The position numbers and the translations under genes were made by a program. 64,000 nt of DNA from Eledone cirrhosa (Eukaryota): the NCBI GenBank assembly GCA_964016885.1, contig OZ024746.1, positions 21,762,001 to 21,826,000 on the forward strand. The letters are read 5' to 3'. A model generated the notes under the pieces. That model was not told the DNA's origin. It searched no databases and was given only the letters and a program-made list of their open reading frames with translations. This document shows positions 25,663 through 35,842 of this stretch, one piece after another (the stretch's first letter is position 1; every line of letters begins with the position of its first letter).

Positions 25663-25754
25663 AGTCCCGACTGTACAGTTTCGCCGACCAGTAAGCAGTC
25701 AGAGTATAACTATAGTGCACTGGGGCCATGAGGTTGTCAGCTTATCAAGAGACC
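25663..25754 (-). ncRNA. Type I hammerhead ribozyme candidate, U3:A8 core variant (copy B)
   Basis: Minus strand: GGUCUC-UUGAUAA-GCUGAC..(loop)..GUCGGC-GAAAC-UGUACA-GUC-GGGACU. 6-bp stems I and II, palindromic stem III. Confidence 0.72.
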
Positions 25755-25881
25755 CCTCAATGAAAGGACAAATTCCTGAACTGTGATATATATATCCATT
25801 TGTAGCTGGCATCCAAAAGAAAAGAGTACTCAATACTGAAGAAGAATTTAAATATTCATTTTATTAAGGCTAAATAGTGAG

Positions 25882-25930
25882 TCTTGTTACTCTGGAGTTT
25901 CACCTGCTTCTCATGGGGTCATCAGATACA
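25882..25930 (-). ncRNA. Degenerate hammerhead-like motif (Penelope pseudo-LTR-type)
   Basis: Minus strand: CUGAUGA-CCCC..GGU-GAAAC-UCCAGA-GUA, then AAUAAA. Stems I and II are poor. Confidence 0.45.
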
Positions 25931-27176
25931 TATATATGTGTGTGTGTAATCTTGTTGTATGCATGCGTAAGAAAACATCCTTGGCCTTTGTATATGTTTC
26001 CATTATACAAATCAAAAAAGAACTACAGTACTGTGTTATTTTCACTGTTCTATAATAATTCATTCATATGCATTATCCTGTGTTGAATTTCTGAGCTCAC
26101 TGTGGCTTAGTAGAAGAAATATGTTTTTATTAATGCAATTAAATGATATTAGTGTATTAAAAAAAGCTGTTCTTTTGGTTACTTTCTACAACAGCAAAAA
26201 GCATTTACCATAAAAACAATAAAATAATCAAAGAACAGCAACAAGTTGTTTCCATAGTCTTGTATAATCATGATTTTATTATTTATTCACATTGAAAAGG
26301 GCAGTTGGTTGGAAGTATCGGTAGAGCATTGAACAATATGCTGTAAAGTATGTTGTCACAGCTCTTTATGCTCTGAGTTCAAATGCCACTGAGGTTAGCT
26401 TTGCCTTTCATCCTTATGGGGTAGATAAAATAAAGTACCAGCAATGCTCTGGAGTTGATTTAATCAACTTTCCCCTCCACAAAATTGTTGGCCTTGTGCC
26501 TAAATCAGAAATCATTATTTATTCGCATTCGAGCACAAGACAAAACAGTTCCAATATGGTCTGTCTGCCAAATAACTTACTGACTGCTGCTATAGATGAT
26601 GTAGATTTATATGCATACATGCACAATAAAGGAAGTAAATTGACAGTCATTAGAACATCAGAATACTTTGTGGTGGTCATTCCAGCTCTCTACACTCAAA
26701 TTCCTTTGTGGTCAATTTTGTCTTTCATCCTTTTGAGGTCGATAAATATAGTACCAGTCCACTACTGGGGTCAGTTCTTTCTCCAGCTCTCTTTCTCACC
26801 TTCACTCTTTCTGTTTCTCTGAAATAATTTAACTGAGAGGGATAGGTTGTCACTACAGTGCTCCTACGACTTAGTCAAGAGTTAAGGGCCCATACCACGT
26901 ACAATATCTCAATTATTTTTTTCAATATCAATTTGATATTCTCAGAGAATGTCTTCATTCCAATTGATATTTCTTGGTGACAATATTTTCCAGGGCAACA
27001 TCCACCATTCCCACCGATTTGTTTTAATTCACTTATTTCATCAACAAATACAGAAATATATCACATATTATCACAATAATTATCATGCAGCCCCTGGCTC
27101 CTCTGCTGGACATACCTATAAGCTAAAAAAGCCATAGCTTAATTGCCACACACACACTCGGAGGCCTCAGTGTAGC

Positions 27177-27436
27177 CAGTGCTGGACTTGCCTATAAGCT
27201 ATAGCTTAGGGTCACACACCTTCAAGCTCCTCATTTTTAAAAATATATTTTTATTTTATCACACTAAATCATTAAAAAATTATATATATATATATTTAAT
27301 TTATTCTTTATTATTAACATTAATATAAAAATAATGTCCATGTATAATTATTTTAATTTGTTTTACACAAATCTTTTTCGAGAAGGGTGTCAAATTTCAT
27401 ATAGCTTAGGGGCTCAGCAGGTGAGAGTCCAGCCCT
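27177..27436. mobile_element. hAT-like MITE, degenerate
   Basis: Imperfect TIRs CAGTGCTGGACT and AGTCCAGCCCTG; right-end fragment also at ~21330-21375; no clean 8-bp TSD. Confidence 0.45.
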
Positions 27437-28603
27437 GTGTATATCATGATATAAACTATAATTTGATATTGGTATATCATGATATAAGGCAGTGAATTGG
27501 CAGAGCTGTTAGAATGTTGGATAGAGTGCTTTGTAGTATTGGTTCTGGCTCTATGCTCTCTTAAGTTCAAATCGCATCGAGGTCAGCTTTAAAAATATGT
27601 ACCAGTCTAGTACTGGGGTCAATTCTTCCTCTGTATCCCTTTCTCAGAAATGCTGTATGTCCATATAGCACCCTTATGACTCTATCAGGAGTTACAGGAC
27701 CATACCATAACATGATATAAACTATAATTTGATATTGGTATATCATGATAAAAACTATAATTCAATATTGTTATAATACGATATAAATGTTATTAAGAAA
27801 CAGCTCTCTAGCATTATAGCTTATATACGTCAGCAGTCAATAATGAATAGTCTATATTTCTGTAGTTCTCTTTCACTTTTTTATAATTATAGTAATGCAG
27901 AGTTCAAGGACATTTCTTTGCACAGTTATTCAATACTATGTATATATAATATATGTATACACATAGAAAAAGCTGGCCTCTTTTTATCCATCTCTGGAGG
28001 TATTTTACCAGATTTTGCAAGCTATTTATAGCAATTATCTGTTACAGTTATTTTCTGTATTCAGGATTTCCATATTATATACATAGTAATAATAAATGTG
28101 AAGACTAAAATCCGAAGAGGGGTCGATAAGGATAATATATATGTATATATATAAAATATCATCATCATCATCGTTTAACGTCTATCTTCCATGCTAGCAT
28201 GGGTTTGGACGGGAATTTTCCCACTTGTGGCAAGATTGGTTGTCTTACTCGTATAGGACTGTCTGGCGGGTTTTCTACGGCTGGATGCCCTTCCTAACAC
28301 CAACCACGCTTACAGTGTGGACTAGGAGGTTTTTACCGTGTTACCTACACGGCCACATTACAGCGTGGACTGTGTTTTTTTTTTTTGTTGTGACACCTAC
28401 ACGACCTCATTTATTTAGGACTGGATGTTGTGGTACCAACATAACTTTACATATAAACCCACAGAGCAAATAATTATTTAATCTGTACTTATAATATATA
28501 TATATATATATATAATGGAAAAATTTGAACAGGAACAAAACAGAGGGGCAGTACAACGAATGTTTATTAATTTCACGCTCTGGAGAGTGGGGTGGTGGTG
28601 GGG

Positions 28604-28638
28604 AACGACGTTTCGGGCATAAGCCCTTCCTCAGGTGA
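28604..28638 (-). ncRNA. Minimal hammerhead-like motif (Penelope-type)
   Basis: Minus strand: CUGAGGA-A-GGGC-UUAU-GCCC-GAAACGUC, AAUAAA ~35 nt downstream. Stem I is only 2 bp. Confidence 0.5.
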
Positions 28639-29247
28639 GAAGTGTGTGGGAACAGAGTTCAAAAGGTGTGTAGGGAAGTGGTGGCGAGACATATAGCGAA
28701 AGGAAACGGTGCGAATGAAATTAAAAATAAAAATAAAGCATGATCAAAATACAAGGAATGAAATAAAATTAAATATAAAAGCATGATCAAAATAAACTGA
28801 AATAAAAAGGGGGGTAAAACAGGTGGTGGAAGGGTGTGGGTGGTGGCGGGTGGAGTGGGGAGAGGGAGACCGGGTGTCCGAGCGGGGAGGGCTGAAGGTG
28901 GTGTGTGTGTGTGTAGGTGTACGTGTGTGTGTGTGTGTGTGTGTGTGTGGATGTGAAAGTAAGGGTTGGGGGAAGAACGGGGTTGCATGTTCAGGAAGAG
29001 GTGTGTGTGGGGGGGGGTTGTAGGTCGGAGTGTCTGTGCGTGTGTGGATAGAGGGGTGGGGGGAGAGGAATCAGGAGGCTAAGGGTGTAAATATGTGGTG
29101 GAAAGCACGTGTGTGTGGGGTTTAAGCGTGGTGTAGGTGGCGTGTGGATAAAAAAAATTTTTTTGGGTGTGTGTGGGTGAGTTATATAGGTGGTTCCGTA
29201 AGAGGATATATATATATATATTAGGAAAATCTGCTTCGTAGAATCGA

Positions 29248-29343
29248 GACGTATCTGAGGACCTTGCGATTTTCAGAGTCAGGTTCAATCATCGCATCGA
29301 TTGTGCCTCGAGCTGGTCGCCAGAGAAACGATTGTAATATGTC
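29248..29343 (+). ncRNA. Type I hammerhead ribozyme candidate with long stem II, sense to PI4KA
   Basis: GACGUAU-CUGAGGA-(63-nt imperfect hairpin)-GAAAC-GAUU-GUA-AUAUGUC. 7-bp stem I; AATAAA at 29345-29350. Confidence 0.6.
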
Positions 29344-30494
29344 CAATAAATTCCATTCTCTTTTTTTCTGTGATATATATATATATCATATATATATATC
29401 ATCATCATCATCATCATCGTTTAACGTCCATGTTCCACGCTTGCATGGGTTTGGACAGGAGTTTTCCCACTTGAGGCAAGAGTGGTTGTCTTGCTCGCAT
29501 AGGACTGTCTGGATATATATATATATATATTATAAGACTCTCTTCCTGTTATTTCAAACGTTAAACTAATATATTTCTTCCATGTACTGTGCCATTTGTT
29601 TTGTTATTTTTGTTATTCCTGTTTACTTTTCACATATATATTTATATGCATACGCAGACACACACACACACACACATATATAATCTGGTTAACTTTAGAA
29701 GCTTTGGGAAAATTTGAAATGTGTGCATTCCAACGTAAATGACCATAATAGTCGACAACTATAAATGATAGTTGAAGAAATCGATTTTCTCAACTGTTAT
29801 TGTATGTATATATATGTGTGTGTGTGTGTGTGTGCATATATATATGTGTGTGTATATATGTTTATATATACATATGTATGTATATAAATGTGTGTGTGCA
29901 TGTATGTATGTTTATATATGTATGTATATAAATATGTGTGTATGCATGTATGTATATATATATATTTTGATATGGTGTCATCACTTAGGCTATACATAAT
30001 CTTGTGTATATATGTATAAATACATACACTCAGACATGCATACCCATATAAAACTAAATAGAATATTTTTATGTAGGTTTTATGTGAATATTTTATCCGC
30101 CATGTGTGAATGTGCAAGATACCCTGAATGTCATGTTTTATTGGTTAAAAAATGTCTGTTATCTAAAAATGTCTGTTATCTCAACTTCTGCCCACCAATG
30201 TACTCTAGTCTTATATCCGATAAATCAACAAGAGAACATTTCTACTTCGTTGTTTGACCTGCTAAATATAACAGCCAAATAACACCCTCCAATCCATCTT
30301 AAAATTAAAAAAGAATGTATGACAGGTGTGGAAGACCACACTGGACTCAACTGATATCCAGTGAGGCCATTGTTAGAAAAAGATATAGTTTCACTAAACC
30401 TCATTTAATTTATGAAGTATAATTATTTATAAACATTAACATAATAAAAAAAATATAATAATAATCAACAAATTTTTTAATGACATTTTGAAAG

Positions 30495-30930
30495 AATACA
30501 ATCGCAAATACAGGCTGAAATAGGATTCCTCTGAAGGGTTTTTTGGAGTAACATTACTCGATAGAGTGCATAGCTCGGAGATCAAAAAGTCACTCCTGGT
30601 AGAGCCACTACTTCTCTGAATTGAGAGATCACAGCTCCAATACTACAGGCATGTGATTACAATGTTGCAGTAAAGAATTGATGGACAGATTATATGGGCA
30701 AAACTAACTGGCAGGAGACCCAGTGGTAGATCCCAAGCTTGATGGTTGGATAACTTCCATAAGCTCGGCTGGTCTCGCTTGGGTATCCAGCCAGATCAAT
30801 TGGAGATGGTTGCTTCTGACAGGATCTGCCGGAAGTAGTGTTTGATGACTCTGCCCCCACGACCCTGGAGACAGTTGCTTCTGACAGGATCTGCCGGAAA
30901 GTTTGATGACTCTGCTCCCACGACCCTCTT
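30495..30930 (+). mobile_element. RTE (Rex3/Expander-like) LINE 3' ORF fragment with tandemly duplicated end
   Basis: Translates with stops and shifts as GVTLLDRVHSSEIKKSLLVEPLLL*IERSQLQ...GRRPSGR...LGWSRLGI...LPPRP. Confidence 0.75.
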
Positions 30931-31129
30931 TGCAATAAGTCGGCAGAGAAGAAGCAATATATTTCAATGTTTGGTGCCAATATAGGTTTGTCTTCGAGCA
31001 TTGTAACTTCTTTCAGAAGTTCCCCACCCCCTTGTCTATAGCATAAAATGTCAGACACACTATCTTAAGAAAAAAAATATGCTTTTGCTCAGAAGTCAGT
31101 TCAATCAGGGCTGTCCTCAGGCAAAGCAA

Positions 31130-31436
31130 CAACAAAACAGCACAGCTCCCATGACTTTCAGAAACATTTTTTCATGCTCAGAGTTGCTGAAGCATGGAAC
31201 AAACTACCTGCATCAGCTGTTAGCTGCCGAGACACTGCATCCTTTAAAACCTCCATGCTTCCTGAAATTCTCTAACACTACACCTGAAATCCCCCTGCCT
31301 CCATACACACACACATGTATATCATGACTCATACACTGTTCACTTTACTGACATTTGTACATTATTCTATGTACTATACATCCACCTTTGACAAGTTGTA
31401 GTGCACCTGAGCACTGTACACAATAATTTCATTATT
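31130..31436 (+). mobile_element. CR1/L2-group LINE 3' end
   Basis: KHFFMLRVAEAWNKLPASAVSCRDTASFK fits the CR1 C-terminal FF..RV...WN.LP..FK motif; 3' tail also at ~21860-21950. Confidence 0.7.
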
Positions 31437-31910
31437 TTAATTTTAAACCTGACACCTCTAGCATCATAGTTACTACTAGAACTGCGCTGTCAATAATGAT
31501 GGCAATAGTGTTGAAAGTATTTCATTTTTGTTGTCCAGGATTGTGATGCCATACATATCTGGATTACTAAATATATGAACTGTCATACAAACTGGAAAAT
31601 TTGAGTTTTGATACATTAATGGTTTATATAAGAGAAACCCTATAGTTTATGTTTATAACTGATGTGTGGAAGTGATAAATAATTTATTTCTAGGATCTAA
31701 TTACATAAATATCAATATAATCAACAAACCACTTACAAGTTGAGATGAGAACCCAGAACCTTATGATTGGAAAGTGAACTTCTTATTCTAGCAACATCAC
31801 TGAGATAGGAAATGCATTGTGTATGTGTAAATTTTGGACAGTTACAGGCAGGTATACATACATAGATATGTACGTACATACTATATACATAGACACATAC
31901 ACACATACTC

Positions 31911-31950
<40 letters not shown>

Positions 31951-31955
31951 ATATT

Positions 31956-32002
<47 letters not shown>

Positions 32003-32003
<1 letters not shown>

Positions 32004-32345
32004 TTCATTTCATTCATTTCATTTTACGTCTGCTTTTCCCTGCTTGCAAGGGTGGGACGGGAACTGATTCTGGCTTGATTTCTACAGCTGGATGCCCTTC
32101 CTAACAGCAACCTCATTTACAGTGAGTGCTGGGTGCTTTTTTGCCGTGTCACCTCCACGACCACTTTGCAGTGGAATGATAGGGACCCCAGTCCCTATCA
32201 TCTCATTTCTACAACTGAGTAAACTGGAGCAATGTGAAATAAAGTGTCTTGCTCAAGGAAACAACACATCACCCGGTCTGAGAATTGAATTCACAACCTT
32301 TCGATTGCAAGGCCAATGCTCTAACCACTAAGCCATGTGCCTCCA
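32003..32345 (-). mobile_element. tRNA-derived CORE-like SINE, full length
   Basis: Near-identical to 57197-57539; inserted in (TA)n. Confidence 0.85.
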
Positions 32346-32562
32346 TATATATATACTTTTCTCAACCTGATTAGTTCTATCGTTACTTTGGTATGTATTG
32401 TGTGTTAGTTTAGCCTACCACAATGTTCGATTTGTCAAGCCATTTAAACGTATGTTATTACTCTAAGGCCCTACCTTATCGAGTGCTTTGCTAACTCATC
32501 ACCTCATATAAGTAGGCCGAATTTACTTGCAAACCACCAGAGATTCGATTTTACTGATTTCC

Positions 32563-32613
<51 letters not shown>

Positions 32614-33113
32614 CAGAATCATTAGAATTTCGGATAGAATGCTTTGGTATTCATGTCAGCTCTCTACTCATACATACACACATGACACAACGCAAAAACA
32701 CACATACACAACACACACAAACATGCAGCATAAAACATACAGATGCGCATAGCATCACACACACACACATAAATACATACACATGCGCAACACAATGCAC
32801 ACAAACATGTACACACACACATGTGCAGCACAATTCACATGCATGCACACACATACATACGATGCAATGCAGACATACACATGCAACAGCACACACACAC
32901 ACACACAGACAAAATATATTATTACACTGACACTCCACTCCTTATGTAAATGAAAGTAGTTTTTTATGTAATATTCTCATTAAATCGGAATCCATTTTAC
33001 AATTCTTCTAGGCATTTATTTAGCTTATTGTTTCCATTCAAATAGTAATTTGACATTAATCATAAGTTAATATTTCAATTCTTCAGCTTTATTACTGTAT
33101 CTATTTGTTTATC

Positions 33114-33146
<33 letters not shown>

Positions 33147-33439
33147 AAGAGAGAGTGTGTGTGCTTGTGTTTGTGTGTGTAACCATTTAGTAAAGGCTGA
33201 ATCAGCTTACATAGAGATGAATATCATTTATTATCCATGAGAAAAGATAGAGAAAATTGGTGACTAATCAACTACATGTTGGCAGTGGGCCAACACTGTT
33301 TGGTTTGTGTTCTCAGCTGGTTCTTGTTTGTAGCACTGATTTCTATGTTTAAGTTCAGAGCAATATTGTTTTTAGAGCAGACAGTCTTGGTTGGGGACTG
33401 TTGTATTTTGTCAGTCAGGAAACCTGGTGAATAGAATTG

Positions 33440-34225
33440 TGAAAGTGTTCTTTGCAAGATTTGAACTTGCAAGGCTATATCCATTGAATTTATTACAATG
33501 GCAACAGCAACTACAATGCCAAGAAGTTTGAATGGTTGGTTGAAGGTGCTGGATATTGAGGCTGAATTTCCTGACTCCACAGAAGGCTTGTTAGTTTGGC
33601 ACAGCAAGAAATATTTGAAAAGTGCTAGATATACCTAAGGCTGTAGGAAACAACTTGATATCTAACAATCGAAATATTGACATAGGAACAGTGAAATGCT
33701 GAGTTGAAAGGATAATAATAATTGTTTCTACTTTAGGCACAAGGCCAGCAATCACCCAGTGCATTACTGGTACTTTATTTTATCGACCCCGTAAGGATGA
33801 AAGGCAAAGTCAACCTCGGCGGGATTTGAACTCGGATCGGATAATAATAATAATAATAATCAGGAAACTATGAAGAATCAGACATTTAGAAGTGACACTT
33901 ATTGTGGTTGGCACCAGGGAGCAGTTAGTAAAAAAAATTAGGAAACTATGGAGAATCAGACACTTAGAAGTGGTAACGATTGTGGTTGGTTCACTGAGAC
34001 CAGTTAGTAAAAGATTGGATGCATGGCTTAAGAAGCTAGGAATTACCATCAGGATGGGATTGTTGCAGAAAACAGCAAGGATTCTAAGGAGGGTATTAGA
34101 AAGTTGAAGAAGGAATGACCCAAAGGACCTTTGGCCATTGGGTATGGCTCGCTCTTTTGGTATAGCATTGGTATAACATCTTCCAGAGCAAAAGCATTAC
34201 AAATGATAATAATAATAATAATATT
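33440..34225 (+). mobile_element. Two R4/Dong-like LINE 3' fragments with (TAA)n tails, separated by an antisense SINE (33720-33836)
   Basis: IRKLWRIRHLEVVTIVVGSLRPVSKRLDAWLKKLGI...LQKTARILRRVL resembles the restriction-like endonuclease C-terminus of R4/Dong elements. Confidence 0.65.
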
Positions 34226-35189
34226 GTTTTCTAATTTCGGCTCAAGTCCAGTAATTTTGGGTGTGGAGAAATTTGATCATATCAACTTCAAACTTGACTG
34301 GTACTTTATTTTATCACGCTACAAAAGGATGAAAGTTAAAGTTAATCACAATAGGATTGGAAACTAGTATATAAATAGAACAAATATTGCCCTATATTTT
34401 ATCTGGTGCGCTAAATAATAATAATTGTTTCTGATTCAGGCACAAGGCCAACAATTTTGAGGGATGAGGAGTTGATTAAATTGACCCCAGTGTGTTACTA
34501 GTACTTTATTTTATCTATCCCTTAAAGATGAAAGGCAAAGCTAAGCTTAGCAGGATTTGAACTCAGAACGTCAAGGGACATAACTATATGCCATAAAACA
34601 TGTCCGATGTTCTACCATTACTCTTAATCCATCACCCATGCTATAATAATGTTAATAACTTCTCTAGTTATTTTCAATAAGAAAAAAAATCAGTACACTC
34701 TATAAAGGGATAGTGCTGGGCCCAAGATAAAATTCATTTGATTCAATTTGTAAAATGTTTGGCATTAAGAAGGGCATCCAGCCATAGAAACCATGCCGAA
34801 TATGAAAGGTCTGAGCAAGATAAGGTCTCTCTGACCTGTCTTGGACAATGACAGCCTGTCCAAACCATGCCAGTGTGGAAGGCAGACATAAAACAACGAT
34901 AATGACATACATAGCTTTATAAAATAATGATAATGATATACACATATACACATAGCTTTTATACAAAACTGATATATATATAGAAAGTAAAATATGATAG
35001 AGGTTCTGCAAAACCAACTAATGATGGGTATATCTATTACAAGCATATGGTCATTTGAAACTCTAGAGATTCATACAGAACAGAATTATCTCCCAAGAAT
35101 GATCTACTTCAATTAGAAATGATATTTATAAAGGAAACAAAGGACAGCTGTAAAGTGTCTATAATAGATCTACTCCCCCCCCCCCTCAG

Positions 35190-35568
35190 ACACACACTAC
35201 TATATAATAGAACACACTGCCCCACACTACTGTAGAACAGAACACACTGCCCCACACTACTATAGAACAGAACACACTGCCCCACACTACCATATAATAG
35301 AATATAATGCCTCACACTACTACAGAATAGAACATATTGCCCACCTCCCACTACTATAGAATAGAACAGAGTTCCATGCTACTATAAAACTCACTGTGCC
35401 ACACTATTATAGAATAGAACAAAGTCCAGTCCAACACTGGTGTAAAATAGAACACAGTGCTCCACACTACTATATAATAGAACACACTTCCCTCCATTGT
35501 TATAGAATAGAACACTCTGCCCCACACTATCGTATAATAGAACACATTGCCCCACACTGGTATAGAAT
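35190..35568. repeat. 30-bp diverged minisatellite, ~12 copies
   Basis: ATAGAACACACTGCCCCACACTACTATAGA-type unit. Confidence 0.88.
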
Positions 35569-35634
35569 TAGAGAGATAGAAAATTCTAAGATTCCAGCAC
35601 ATTAACAACTGGGTATGAAACAATTCTGATTTAA

Positions 35635-35842
35635 CCCTTTAGCATTCAAACTGGTCATATCCGGCCAGAATTCTCTCACCTCTTTCTATTCAAACTGGCT
35701 GTAACTAGCCACTCATACTGACATTAAGGTATTGTTCTCAAAATAAATGATATCAAAATCTCCTAGATTCAATATTATGTGAGATGTGGCCTTTACCACA
35801 AAAATACAATATTATATATAGAGTAATGTAAACGCTAAAGGG
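35635..35842. mobile_element. 208-bp piggyBac-like MITE, opposite orientation to the 5692 copy
   Basis: TTAA|CCCTTTAGCATT...AACGCTAAAGGG|TTAA; same length as 5692-5899. Confidence 0.85.
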
